64,000 nucleotides of DNA from positions 45,260,001 to 45,324,000 of the forward strand of contig OZ360238.1 in the NCBI GenBank assembly GCA_977017645.1, written 5' to 3'. Below the pieces are notes generated by a model. The model did not search any database and was not told the origin of the DNA. It worked only from the letters and a program-made list of their open reading frames with translations. The position numbers were made by a program, and so were the translations under genes. Positions 36,640-49,634 of the stretch are shown here, in pieces (within the stretch, counting starts at the first letter, position 1; every line of letters begins with the position of its first letter). The stretch comes from Torpedo marmorata (Eukaryota).

Positions 36640-36802
36640 TTCAAGTTCAAGTTTATCATCATCTGACTATATATGTACAACCCGATGAAGAAGCACTTCT
36701 CCGGACCACGATGCACACATAATACACACTAATCACATATACCGAAGGATATAATTTTTTTAAAATCTACAAATATTTTTGGATAATTCTCTTGGTTATA
36801 CG
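36640..36802 (-). mobile_element. Rex1-type tail, split by the Gmr1-like insertion (continues at 43279-43395)
   Basis: The two halves together parallel the uninterrupted copy at 60311-60570. Confidence 0.65.
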
Positions 36803-36946
36803 TGTTACAAACTCAAACCAGCAACGAAAGAAGATGCAATGCAAAAGGGGTAAAATTGAAATTTATATTTATTAAAGACAATTAAACATAAAATTTCGCA
36901 ACAATCAACCCCACTATAAACGTCTATAAACACTATTCTTATCTAA

Positions 36947-36980
<34 letters not shown>

Positions 36981-37669
36981 GCCCAGTCCATTACAGTCTG
37001 TGCCCAACCCTCATGTAAAAATGGAAAACCTTCCCCAAACTCCCAGGTCAGTCATAAAAATAAGTCAGTCCCAAAAATACAGTCCACAAAAATCACTCTC
37101 TATGTTCAGGGTCCAAATTCAGCTCTGTGCGCTGGCACGAAGGACTTCTTAATGAATGTGGGAGAGACAATAACTGTTTAAGTTTACGAATGCTTGGCCT
37201 GCTTTTCTTCCGATGGCTTTCCCTTTTGGTAGGTGCACGAGGGTTGCTGTTCCAAATCAGTATATCACTGATTGAGGTGTGTACATAGATCTCACAGCCT
37301 GTCTCGCTGATCTCACGCCTATTCTCCACGGAAGTTGCTTTATCTCAAGATTTTGCTGATACAGGAGGCCAGGTGCTATTCTCCATGCCTTTCTCACTGG
37401 AATGCACAAGCCTGTTTTTGTTGTTGTTGCTTCAGCCTTTTGCAACTCCAAACTGAATGCTTTTTGCAGAGGTTTGCACCTGCTTTTGCAAAAGTACAAC
37501 AAAGTATCTTTCCCACAGCCTGTCTCTCTCTCTATGTGTGTCTCTCTCTGAGCACAGCCAGTCCTGGGCAAGTTAACTCTTTCAGTACCTGGTGCCAGTG
37601 TGCACCCAAAAGACTTCATCCTTCCGGCTGACCATCCGCAGTCCAAATGGTCAGTCATGGTCCATAACA
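36803..37669 (-). repeat. 3' LTR (867 bp) of the Gmr1-like element; contains (GT)n
   Basis: Matches 42898-43278 directly and 40031-40433 inverted; PPT complement CCTCCCACCC at 37670-37679. Confidence 0.88.
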
Positions 37670-38209
37670 CCTCCCACCCACAAAAAAAAATTTGGTCTGC
37701 AAGAACAAAATTTTGGAAATTAATTGAGGTGTCACAATATAAACAAAACCCACAATGTTCATCCACAAATACAAAAATATGAACTATTTTCATTTATAAA
37801 GTTTAGCATCTAGAAAGACAATCAGCAATTACATTATCTTTCCCTTTTATATGTGTTATCATTAAATCATATTCTTGCAAAATTAGACTCCAATTCAACA
37901 ACCGTCGATTCTTATTTTTCATTTTACAAAGAAAAACCAATGGATTGTGGTCAGTGTACACTATGAGTGGTTTTTGAGCTGTACAGATATACACATCAAA
38001 GTGTTGTAGAGCCAACACAAGAGCTAACAACTCTTTTTCTATGGTTGAATAATTCCTTTGATGACCATTGAACTTCTTCGAGACGTAGAATACCGGATGG
38101 TCAATGTCCTCTTCGTTCTTCCTCTGTAACAGCACCGCACCCACAGCTTCATCGCTGGCATCCACGGCTAAAGAAAATGGCTTTTCTAAATCAGGTGACT
38201 TAAGCTCAG

Positions 38210-38330
38210 AAGTAAAACACGAAAATCTGTAGACACCGTGGCTGAAGTAAAAAACACAAATGCTGGAGAAACTCAGCAGGTCAAACAATGTCTTTTAGCA
38301 AAGGTAGAAATACCTAACCGAAGTTTCGGG
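38210..38330 (-). mobile_element. PLE pseudo-LTR fragment inserted at the RT/RNase H junction
   Basis: TGCTGGAGAAACTCAGCAGGTCAAAC..GTTTCGGGCTTGAGC; imperfect duplication CTTAAGCTCAG (38199-38209) / CTTGAGCACAG (38331-38341). Confidence 0.82.
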
Positions 38331-38707
38331 CTTGAGCACAGGTTGGTGGCATAAAATGGCTTTCAATTTGACAAATGCTTCCTGACAACCTGTCGACCAT
38401 ACAAATTTTTCTCTCTTTCTAAGCAATTTGTGAGAGGGAGCGCAAGATCTGCAAAGTTTTTACAGAACTTGCGGTAGTAGCCAATCATTCACAGGAACCT
38501 ACTCAGAGTTTTCTTACCAGTTGGAACAGGGAACTCGGAAATAGTCACAACCTTGGCCTCTACTGGCCCCTGTCCTACGACATAACCCAGATAATTAACA
38601 GTCCCATGACCCTCTCTGAAACTGGTTTTATCTGTCTCCTCCTTACCCCGGTCGATAACCAGCACCTCTGGTAAACGTTCAGTCTCTTTGTGCGGCACCT
38701 GTTCAAA

Positions 38708-39649
38708 TTATGGCTTAATCATATTCATATGACAGACCTGTGTGTCTCGTCTGTGATTAGGTGTTTCTATGATATAGGTGACCTCATTAATTTTTGACTT
38801 AACTCTATAGGATCCTGAAAATCTAGCCCTAAGAGGATTTGAATGTGTGGGAAACAGAACTAATACGTTCTCACCAGGTTTAAAAGTTCTCATCTTAGCC
38901 TTTCGATCATACCAAACCTTCATTCTCTGTTGAGTGGCCTTTAAAGTCTCCTTTGTTATCTCACAAACTTTATGCAACCGATCCTTAAATTTGGAAACAT
39001 AATCCAACAGATTTAAATGCACATCACTTTCAATCCACTGTTCTTTTAATAACCTTAAAGGACCTCTCACCTCATGTCCGAAAACTAACTCGAATGGACT
39101 AAAACCAAGTGATTTTTGGACAGACTCCCTCGCTGCAAATAACAACAAATGAACCCCCTCATCCCAATCCTTTTCCTTCTCACAAAAATAAGTTCTAATC
39201 ATGTTTTTCAAAGTCGAATGGAACCTCTCCAAGGCCCCTTGACTTTCTGGATGGTAAGCAGAGGATACAATTTGTTTAACTCCCAGTCTATCAACCACTT
39301 GATGGAATACGCCTGACATGAAATTACTACCCTGATCTGATTGGATTTCCCTTGGCAAACCTACCAAGGTGAAAAACTTTACCATAGCCTTTACAGTTGC
39401 CTTTGCTTTAATGTTTCTCGGAGGAATGGCCTCTGGAAATCTGGTGGCTGCACACATAATTATTAACAAATACTCATTCCCCGCTTTGGTTTTGGACAAT
39501 GGGCCAACACAGTCCACAATCACTCTCGAGAAAGGCTCACTGAAAGCAGGGATAGGTTGCAAGGGTGCCATCGGGTGACCCTGATTAGGTTTACCCACCA
39601 CCTGACAAGTGTGACAGGCCCGGCAAAAGCTTACAACCTCCCTTCTCAA
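38708..39649 (-). pseudogene. Integrase core of the Gmr1-like element
   Basis: ORF track, 313 aa, with CxxC and DDE motifs. Confidence 0.88.
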
Positions 39650-40030
39650 ACTGGGGCAATAAAATTATTTCATTATCTTCCATATAGTTTTCTTCACCTC
39701 AAGGTGAACCACCTAAGGGTGTGCTATGAGCCAAAGTTATTATTTCGTCCCTATATACTTTAGGGATAACAACCTGCTGCACTACTGTCCATTCTTTACT
39801 GGCAGGAACATCACATGGTCTCCACTTTCTCATCAACACTCCATCTTTTTCATAATAACCCACTGGCACCTTCTTAATATCCTCTTCAGAGAGAACCTTA
39901 TCCCTCACCTGAGCAAGATCAGGATCCTCCTTTTGCCTTGCTATTCGCTCCTGTCGGGATAGTGACAAATCTGTACCTTGAGGTGTCTTATCAGTGTATG
40001 GGTGTAACACAGGAGATTGCTCAACCTTTA

Positions 40031-40762
40031 CAGGCCAAGCATTCGTAAGCTTAAACAGTCATTGTCTCTCTCTCTCCAATGTTCATTAAGAAGTCCTTCG
40101 TTCCAGCGCACAGAGCTGAATTTGGACCCTGAACATAGAGAGTGATTTTTGTGGACTGTATTTTTGGGACTGACTTATTTTTATGACTGACCTGGGGGTT
40201 TGGGAAAGTTTTTTCATTTTTACATGAGGGTTGGGCACGGGTTGTAATGGTCTGGGCTTTACACACACACACACACACACACACACTCTTTAGATAAGAA
40301 TAGTGTTTATAGACGTTTATAGAGGGGTTGATTGTTGTGAAATTATATGTTTAATTGTCTTTAATAAATATAAATTTCAATTTTACCCCTTTTGCATTGC
40401 GTCTTCTGTCATTGCTGGTTTGAGTTTGTAACAAATTGGGGGCTCGTCCGGGATTGAATCAAGCTCCAGCTTGGTAATTGAGGAATCCCAGTCTGGTTTA
40501 AGACATTCCTTTTGTAAAGCTAATTAAAAGCTAGTGTGTGTGTAACAAAAACCAGCAACAATGGATGTAGACATTCTTTTGGAATCACCTGAACCTGATA
40601 CTTTAAAAAAGGCAAAAAAGGAACAGTTAGTGGCTATAGCAACAGAGTTGGGCATTGCTTCTGTAAAACCATCAATGAAAAAGGAGGAGATATGGAGAAA
40701 AATTGCCAAATACTATATAAAAGGGAAAGAGTTTGAGGAGAGCATGTTAGAGCAGTTTCCCA
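40031..40762 (+). mobile_element. Inverted segment of the Gmr1-like element: 5' LTR distal half, tRNA-Pro PBS and gag start
   Basis: The LTR ends TGTAACA at 40433, followed by TGGGGGCTCGTCCGGGAT (40437-40454; complement of the tRNA-Pro 3' end) and ORF MDVDILLESP..KKEQLVAIATELG from 40561. Confidence 0.82.
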
Positions 40763-42897
40763 ATCTTGTAGCAACATATCTGGACCTAATTTTTCTCTTA
40801 AATAACCTCTTAATTGAAAATAGCAAAAAAGAGTATTATTAGGTATTCCATATTTATTCCGTAGTTGTATAAATGACATCAATTGGTTTCCTTCATAGCA
40901 ATCTTCTATCTTCTTATTCCATTCAGTGACCAAATCTTTAAAAATTGATTATCTTTTGTAAATGGTATAAGATTATTCTGTATCAAAGGCACTTTGGGTG
41001 ATATATTTCCTTTCAACCCTATCTCATCATTAACCTTATTCCAAGCATTAATCAAATGTTTTAATAACGTCGTTTCTTTAACACCTGTCAATAGTTTTGA
41101 ATTCCATTTGTATATAAATTCTTCTGGTACCTTTTCTCCTATTTCTCCAAGTTCTATTCCAACCCACGCAGGTCTTTCTTCAGTTTCAAAAAAAGAAGCA
41201 ACAAATCGCATTTGTGCCGCTCGATAATAATTCTTAAAATTAGGGAGTTGCAAACCTCCCAATTCGTATTTCCATGTTAAACGTTCCATTGAAACTCTTG
41301 ACATTTTACCTTTCCATAGAAATTTTCGCACTTGTTTATTTAAGTCCTGAAGGAAAGCCTGTGGTAATAAAATAGGTATAGTCTGATACAAATACTGTAT
41401 CCTTGGAAATATATTCATTTTAATACAGTTAACTCTTCCTATCAATGTGATTGGTAAATTAATCCATTTTTCTAAATCGTCCTTAATCTTTTTAAGTAAT
41501 GGTACATAATTCCATTTATATAATTTTTTTAATTTATTATCTGTCCGAACCCCAAGATATTTTATTCCATTATGTGGCCATTTAAACTGAGTGCTTCTTT
41601 TGCATACAGTATAGTCTCCCTCTATAAGAGGCATAACTTCACTTTTATCCCAGTTTATCTTATATCCAGAGACTTTTCCATATTCCTCCAGCTTGAAATG
41701 CAATCTTTGCAAAGAAGTCTCAGGCTCTGTCAAATATATTAGAACATCATCCGCAAATAAACTAATTTTATGTTGCTCTTGACCAACTGTAAATCCCTTA
41801 ATTGCCAAGTCGCTTCTAATAGCTTCTTCTAACGGTTCTATAGCTAATACAAATAAAGCTGGTGACAATGGGCACCCTTGTCGGCTAGATCTTGTTAAAC
41901 AAAACGAAGTTGATATTTGTCCATTAGTCACTACTTTAACTTTTGGAGCATTATATAATGCTTTAATCCAATCTATATAAGTCTTCCCAAATCCAAATTT
42001 CTCCAAAGCTTTGAATAGAAAGTCCCATTCCAACTTGTCAAAAGCTTTCTCTGCATCTAATGCCACTGCTACACTTGGTACTTTTCTTTTTTGGGCTAAG
42101 TAAATAATACTAAGTAACCTTGCTACATTATCAGCTGCTTGTCTTTTTTTTATAAAACCTGTTTGGTCCATATTTACTAATTTTGGCAAAAATTTTGTTA
42201 TCCTATTTGCCAAAATTTTTGCCACAATCTTATAATCTGCGTTCAATAATGAAATTGGTCTATATGATGAAGGTTTCGATGGATCTCTATCTTTTTTGGT
42301 ATTACTGTAATTATTGCAGTAGAGAAAGATTCTGGAAGTGTATGGGTCACTAATGCTTGCTGTAACATATCCATAAAAATAGGAATTAATAATTCCTTGA
42401 ATTCTTTATAGAACTCTGGTGGAAAACCATCCTCTCCCGGTGCTTTATTACTTTGTAATGAACTAATTGCATCCTTTACTTCCTTCTGCGTAAACTGTGT
42501 ACTTAATTCTAATCGCTCTTGTGTATTTACTCTTGGTAAGTTTATCTGTGATAAGTATCCATCAATTTTACTATCATCTTGTAAAGATTCTGATTTATAT
42601 AAATCAGAATAAAATTTTTTAAAAGAATCATTTATTGTTTGAGGTTTATAACTAATAACATCAGTCTCAGTTTTAACTGCATTGATTGTTCTTGATGCCT
42701 GTTCTGTTTTTAATTGCCATGCTAATACTTTATGTGCACGCTCACCTAACTCATAATATCTTTGCTTAGTTCTTATAATAGTTTTTTCCGTTCTATAAGT
42801 CTGTAACATATTATACTGAAGTTTTTTATTAGTTAATTGTCTACGTTTATCTACAGAACTCCTCTTTTGTAAATCTTTTTCTAAAATCGTTATTTGG
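40763..42897 (-). mobile_element. L1-clade LINE ORF2 internal fragment (truncated at both ends)
   Basis: LAWQLK, KAPGEDGFPPEFYK, NADYKIVAK, DQTGF, LDAEKAFD, RQGCPLSP, LFADD, KYLG, GRVNCIKM; AT-rich. Confidence 0.92.
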
Positions 42898-43924
42898 ATC
42901 TCACAGCCTGTCTCGCTGATATCATGCCTGTTCTCCACGAAAGTTGCTTTATCTCTGGATTTTGCTGATACAGGAGGCCATGTGCTATTCTCCATGCCTT
43001 TCTCACTGGAATGCACAAGCCTGTTTCTGATATTGTTTCTTCAGCCTTTTGCAACTCCAAACTGAATGCTTTTTGCAGAGGTTTCCACCTGCTTTTGCAA
43101 AAGTGCAACAAAGTATATTTCCCACAGCCTGTCTCTCTCTCTATGTGTGTCTCTCTCTGAGCACAGCCAGTCCTGGACAAGTTAACTCTTTCAGTACCTG
43201 GTGCCAGTGTGTACCCAAAATACTTCATCCTTCCGGCTGACCGTCCGCAGTCCAAGTGGTCAGTCATGGTCCATAACATAGGACACTGCTCATCAATCTC
43301 ACAACCTGCGGGAAGAAGCTGTTTCCCAGTCTGGCAGTTCTGTTTTTGATGCTCCTGTACCTTCTTGATGGTAGTGGGTCAAATATACTGTGTTATTAAC
43401 CAATGACTCTGACTGTAGCTTCTCTTGCTATCCAAAGCACTCTGGCAGCAGTAAGTAGTCCTGGCAGAGATCCCAACCCAGCGCATTTCTCACCCATTCA
43501 CCTGGCTGAAGCTGCAAGTTGTAGCAGGCAGCAGATTGCTCACTCTGCCGTTCTGTTGGAAATTGATTTCACAGCATGTGAGAATTGGAATAGCCACTGT
43601 TTACTGTCACAGACATATCTATCACAGATCCAGAATGAGCTTTAACCCTTGGGACCAAATAACTGAGAGGAAGTCCAATCTCAGAAAATAAAGGCCTGCT
43701 GTGCTTCTTGTTGTGTGAGGAATGTGCATCAGTGAAAGGGTTGCACCTTAAGCAGAAAGGAAAGAGGAAAAATAAAAGAAGAACCTGATGTGATGGCCTG
43801 GAAATTCTGAGCATTGTGTAGTTTTATTTAGAGAATGTGAGGAGTGCTGGTACATTCACTGCCCAGCTCGAATCGCCCTCGAGACGGTGGTGGTGAGCCG
43901 CTTGCTTGAACTGCAGCAGCCCTC

Positions 43925-44280
43925 TCATAGAGTCGTAGAGTTTCACAGCCCTTCAGCACATCATGTGCACTCTGACCAAGCCAGTCGCTCCAAACCTTTC
44001 CTATCCATGTACCTGTCTAAATGTCCCCGCCCCGGCAGCTCGTTCCAAAAACCCAGCACCCTCTGTGTGAAAAAGATGTTCCTCAGGGCCTTTTTAAATC
44101 TTCTTCCTCTTGCCTTAAATCTATGCCCTCTAGTTTCAGACTCTTCTTACCTGGGGAAAAAAGACTTTACCCTATCTATGCCCCTCATGATTTTATAGAC
44201 CTACAAGGTCCCCCCCCCCCCACTCCTCCCTCCCTCAGCCTCCTATGCTCCATGGAGAAAATTCCCAGCCTCTCCTTCTG
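43925..44280 (-). mobile_element. Decayed CR1 fragment within an older repeat (43850-44540)
   Basis: CATAGAGTCGTAGAG..CTATCCATGTACCTGTCTAAATG..ACCCTCTGTGTGAAAAA..CTATCTATGCCCCTCATGATTTTATA. Confidence 0.65.
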
Positions 44281-44732
44281 ATGAACTCACTCTTCCTGTA
44301 CAACTGGGAAGGGAGTTACAGAATTAAACCCAGTGATAATGAAGGGCTGGCGATTATATTTCCAAATTGGATGGATCAGTGCAGGCCTGTGCTCCTGCTG
44401 CCTTGGTCCTCCTCGACACTCGAGGTCACGGGTTTGTGAGGTGGAGCTGGAGTACCCTAGAAGCTAACTGCAGTGAATTTTGTACCGGGCATGCACTGCA
44501 GCCAGTGTGCACTGGTAGTGGAGGGAATGAATGTTTCGGCTGGTGGATGGCAGCCAACCTCCCAAGATAAGTTCTTGCAGTTTAATTGTAGCGAGTTGGC
44601 AGGAAATTGCCATCACAGTGCTGGACCTTCTTGGGGTACGGTCTCTTTCACGTATCTGGGACCAGTTCATCTTTGGGCATGTTTTACCACGACACTCTTC
44701 TTGTCCTTGCTTTGCAGCAACGTGAAGCATTA

Positions 44733-44817
44733 GGCCTTTTCACACCGCCGAGTGTATGTGGGCAAACCATCCGATTTCCTGGGAACTTACCTGGAAAAGG
44801 TGCAGTCTGAAAAGGCC
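44733..44817. repeat. Short inverted repeat resembling PIF/Harbinger-type ends
   Basis: GGCCTTTTCACAC...GTCTGAAAAGGCC preceded by TTA; a third related motif lies at about 44915-44927. Confidence 0.4.
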
Positions 44818-45871
44818 CAACCTGGCATGGCAGGTCAAAATCGACCAGGCCCCGAGACCTAGTCGGGGGTACTCTCGGAGCCCGGACGAGTTAACCCGGC
44901 AACCATCTTCTGGCGGTCTGAAAAAGCAAATGGCTTACCTGGTAAGATTACTGACGTCAGCGCCTGCGAGCTTGCATCACATAAAACCCATAACATTAGA
45001 AATAAGAGATACAACAATATAAATGTTACTTCAACGATGCCAAAGGGAACTAAGCCACAATATTAAAAGTATTTTAAAATTGAAAAACTTGGAGCTTACC
45101 GAAATCAAAAAACAACGGGCCCGCTCAGGGCGGCGGCGGCTCAATGCGGGATCAATGGCCGTCTTCGTTACCCATAATTTCCAACGCAGCTGGAACCGCT
45201 CTGTGTTTCCCTGGCGCTGGCAAAGTGGCAGAGCGGTTCCAGCAAGAAGAGGAGCTCCATCCTATGCCCTGTCTGCCACTGCAGACATGCTTCCCTCACT
45301 AGGGGAGGTAAGAACTATTTAAACTCCCCAGCTACTTGGCTGAGGCCAGCTTACTTTATATTGATGGGGTTTCACAACCTGGCTATTCCTACCCGTTCAA
45401 CTCTTTGCTGCAATAGATGCTTCATATCCCTACTGAAGCATCTTGTTTTGCATCAGACCTCCTTGGAATGGTGTATCTTGGTGGAAAAAACAAGCAATTT
45501 ATCAACTGTGAAGTCACCTGGAGAAGGAGCATCTCTGAGAAGGGTCAGACCTTTTGAATTGATAATCCCCTGATTCGCGGCCTCCTGAGCAGAGTCCCAA
45601 CACCAGACTGGTGCATGCTGGAGAACGCCATGTGGGACTCTACCTGGGTTTGTCCCAGCACCATTAACTCTGCTCTCCATGGGGCTGGAAAAGAGAGACC
45701 TGCATTCGTGTAGTGCCTTCCACAACCATGGGTGGCTCCAAAATGCTTTATAACCAATGAAATACTTTATGAAGCTGTTGTAAAGTCAGAATTAATGCAA
45801 CAGATGATTGCACAACAAGCCATCAGAAACAGTATTGTGTCATCGTGTTTCAAAAATAAGGATTGGCTTGG

Positions 45872-46168
45872 GAGGTTTGGTGGCACACTCGAGCTACTGT
45901 CTCGCAGCTCCTGTGACCCGGCTTCACTCTTGCCTGTGTGGAGTTTGCACGTTCCCTGTGATTGGATGGGATTTCCCCCCAGTGTTCCGGTTTCCTACCA
46001 CTTCCCAAAGACTTTGAGGTTGGCAGTGTGCATGCTGTTGAGGCATTGGGCTATTTAATGGGAATGTGGGGAGAATTGGTTACAGGCAAAATTAGTGGAG
46101 AATAGGATTGCTCTGTGAACTGGGATAGACTCGATGGGCCAAAAGAGCTACCTCCTGTGCTGCAATGA
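45872..46168 (+). mobile_element. V-SINE (HE1-like), decayed
   Basis: TGTGTGGAGTTTGCACGTT..TCCGGTTTCCTACCAC.TCCCAAAGAC..GACTCGATGGGCC. Confidence 0.72.
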
Positions 46169-47309
46169 AAGGGACACTAGGGTTAACAATCCCCCCAACA
46201 CTGCAAGCACGTTGTATTGACTCGAGTGAACAGGCAGGATCCTGGTCTTATGACTCCTTCAAAAGGCACTACCGTAATCGATGTGACTCAGTGACAACTC
46301 ATTCACATCGCTGTGGGCTGAAGGCACTGGCGTGAATGGCTTGGGCGAGTCTGGCTTCTGAGAATGAGTCAGGAACTGACTCCTGCTAATCTGACAGGCT
46401 GCTGTCTGAGGTACTTAAAGCACTTTGAAAGGGACCTGAACCAACCTGCCGCTTACCACAAGCTGCTCTTGATTTCTTTTTATCCCTCTCTCCCCAGCTG
46501 CCAGGCTGAATAATTTTGAAAGTAAGTCGTGGGATGAGCTGATTAAACACCAGCTCTGATCTCCTGCACTGCAGGGAAGTTACAAATGGCTTGCTGGTTC
46601 TCAGACCATGGAGCTGGCACACGGGAACGGTTGAATCATTGTGGCGACCCCACCCATTTGACTGGTTTGAGGGAGGGAGAGGGCTACCAGATTGGCCTGC
46701 TGCTGCAGCCTGAGCAAGCTACCTGAGGCCTCGGGAGGGGCTTATTTCTCTCTCTGCCCTCCGCCAAAGGGAGTGCATCATTGGCATCTTGGCTGGGCAT
46801 TTGAGACCAACTGTGAGCCAACGGAAAATATTGCAGGACTCTGGAGGGTGGATAGGAGGTGTGGAACTAGCTGGGCTCGAAGAGTTAGTATGGATTTGAT
46901 GGGCCAAATGGCTGAAATTCTGAGGTTAGGGCTCATGGTGCTAATGTCACACCCATGAAGTTTACCGCCGCCTGAGCCTTGTGGACCCAAAGTGTATTAG
47001 CTGGGTCCCAGAAGGGGGAGGGGAGGGGAGGTGAGGGGGGTTACATTCCAATCAATTGCAGTGATAAGCCTGTGACAGGCAGGACATGCTCCTCATGGCC
47101 TTCTGCTGTTGCCGTTTTGATGCCCAGGATACTGCTGGACCTGTGAGTTCTGTGTCAATGGTGTAATTGGCCTTGAATATAAACCTTGCATAAATCTTCC
47201 TATCTCAAAGACAGTGTCACTATATACTATTTCCCAATAAGTGTAGCTGTCATGCCTGGGTGTCAAGTTTAAATTACTGGTTGCCTGCTTTCAACAAAAC
47301 AAAGCAATT

Positions 47310-47460
47310 CTTCCTGATCCCTCACCCAACATTAATCAAACACTTGGTCCTCATTTGATTATTGTGTTGGGATTTTCATGTGCATTTCGATGCCATTATT
47401 TCCTTGCATAAGAGTAGGGAAGCTTCGAATGTGTTCATTTTCTAAAGCACTTGGGGACCA
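47310..47460 (+). mobile_element. Deu-SINE-like 3' relic
   Basis: ATCCCTCACCCAACAT..TGGTCCTCATT..TAAAGCACTTGGGGAC; a similar tail lies on the minus strand at about 45710-45820. Confidence 0.35.
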
Positions 47461-49634
47461 ACTGCAGTCAGTAATTACTTCCCCACCCCATCCTCCCTCA
47501 CTGCAAGGACTGCAGTGCTTGTGTGCACGCTGTCACTGGGTTACTGAGCTTGATTTAGCCTGACCTCCTTCCACTCTGGCCATGGCTCCATCAGGACCTT
47601 CTATTATCCTGATGTAACTCTTCCCTCTATTTACCTACTGACCACCAGCGGAGCTTGTCTACCTGCCTGACCATTGCGCCAAGCCACTTGCTGGTTTGCA
47701 ATCTTCCGGAGATAAATGTTTCAGTTTAAATTTCCTGCTCATTTGGAGCTGGTGCCAGTTCCAGAGACATTCCTCCTTTGTGAGGAGTCAGCCCTGTGAG
47801 TGAAGATTTTGACAGCTCTCTTGTGGAGTCAGCACAGAGGGTCAAGGGCATATGCATGCGGTGGAACAACGGATGTTTTAAACAAGGGCTTTGTGTAATG
47901 ACAATGCTAAAGCCAGGGAGGATTTATTGGCCAATTTTCCTGCCAGTCAAGCTGGATGTCCAAACTGCTGCAAGTGACAATGATGAATTTAAATAGAAAT
48001 ATTCTCCACTTTCTGCATTTTTTCTTTTTATGGGGAGAGATTGCTGCAGCTAGTTTCTTTGCTCCATCCAAGACTCTGTGACTGTGTTGCACTACAGAGG
48101 GTGACGTGTGCAATACAATCATCTCCACCTGGTTAACACAGCATTGTTATCACATCTAACGTCAAATAATCCTGGAATATAAAGCCAATTTAAAAAGACG
48201 GGGGAAGAAGCTGCTGCACAATTATGAAAACCTATCTGGCTTGTAAATGTGCTTGAGAATCTGGTCGATCTGCAATTTCAAACCCAAAGCAATGTGATCA
48301 GCTCCCTGCCCTCGGAAAGGACCAAACATGCCCCTCAATCTTAGCTAAGTTGTTCAGGAAAACTAAAGTGAGAACGAAGCTGCCCTGCCGCCTTGGTTCA
48401 GATTCCTACTGCTTGCACAATGTTTTCCTCGATGTTCACTTGGGGTGGTTCTGTCCCACTGGTAGGGTGAGCCATGCTGAGGTGGTACGGTCAAGGAGTG
48501 GCCGGGAAGTCCTCAACATGGGCATCAGGTCAGCTGTGGCCAAGGAAACCTCCTGCTTCTTGTCCACTCTCAGCTGGTGAATCTGAGATTCGGGTTGGCT
48601 TCAGCCTGTGCAGACTTCACTGGGGGATGGTTGTGACTGCCTTGGTTCCAGGAAGTTGCTGCAGCCTTCCTCAGGGCAGTGTCCCAGTACCAGCCGCGAT
48701 GAACTGCTTCATTAGTGATATTCCCTCCAGCATCAGTCAGAAGTGGGGAGAGGCATTGTTCATTTCCCCGATGCTGAAGCTGATTCTGGCTGCTCAATCT
48801 TCAAGCTTGTGCTTGTTTGTGCCACAAGTTGCCAGACAATAACCATTTCCCTCCCCCACAACAAAAAAAAGGAAGAGGTCTAACCAGTCTCTTGACCATT
48901 ATTGAAAGCATCACTGTTAGCTGGACTACCACATAAATGCTCTGGCGACAATCGTGACATGATTTCCCTCGTTATGAGGCGCATGTTAGGACTGCAGTGG
49001 AATACACTCCTCGTCACAAGGAGCTGCAGCCTTCGAGCACTTCAATCCCCACCATTCTGTAGGCAGCAGGGTAGGCAAAGGAGATCCACCAGGATGCCGC
49101 TGGGGCGACGTAAGGCCTTAGAGGATGCATTTTGATTTCCTTGAAGCTGATGGGAGGGGGACCTGATAAAGGTAGACAAACTCATGACGGGCAATAAATA
49201 GTGAGAAACATTTCTCCATAACCACATATCTTATAGATCGGAGGGTCTGGGTAGAAGATGAGGTGTGAGAGGGGAAGCCGAGGATAATTTATTTCACCTG
49301 GCAGGTGCTTGCACTCTGGAATGCACTGCTTGAGAAGGTGCTGGGGAACAGAGACTCACACATTTCAGTGGTATTTGGACAAAAACCTGAATTGCGAACA
49401 CAAAGCAGGCTCCACGCGAAGATCTAGTTAAGGGAATTAGTACTCAATGGTGTGTATGAACACAGTGTGCTGAAGGGCCTGTTTCTGTGTTGTGTAACTC
49501 GATTGAAAAGCAGCTGGTTTGACTAACACCCCTTCCGCCACCTTCTGTTTGTTCATTCTCTCCACCACTGAGGCACCGTGATGGCCATACGTGGCTGCTG
49601 TCAAACGTATTGCAACAACCACCCATGTTGTTGA

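Larger units (their letters stand above)
36803..43278 (-). mobile_element. Gmr1-like Ty3/Gypsy LTR retrotransposon (integrase upstream of RT/RNase H), deleted and rearranged
   Basis: Minus-strand order is integrase (40010-38708: H..H/CRAC, VDCVGP, SDQG, YHPESQGALERFH), then an RT remnant (YLGYVVG), then RNase H (38288-37803: VDAS, YSTIEKELLA, TDHNPL, ADCLSR). LTRs are TGTTA...TAACA. Flanks TACG/TAGG may be a 4-bp TSD with one mismatch. Confidence 0.85.

Noticed and set aside
40437-40454. Endogenous gammaretrovirus suggested by the tRNA-Pro PBS
   Set aside because: There is no env, and the associated integrase, RNase H and domain order are Gypsy/Gmr1-like.
42243-43016. 257-aa ORF with a novel N-terminus
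   Set aside because: Chimera of LTR sequence read into the L1 ORF2 fragment at the 42897 junction.
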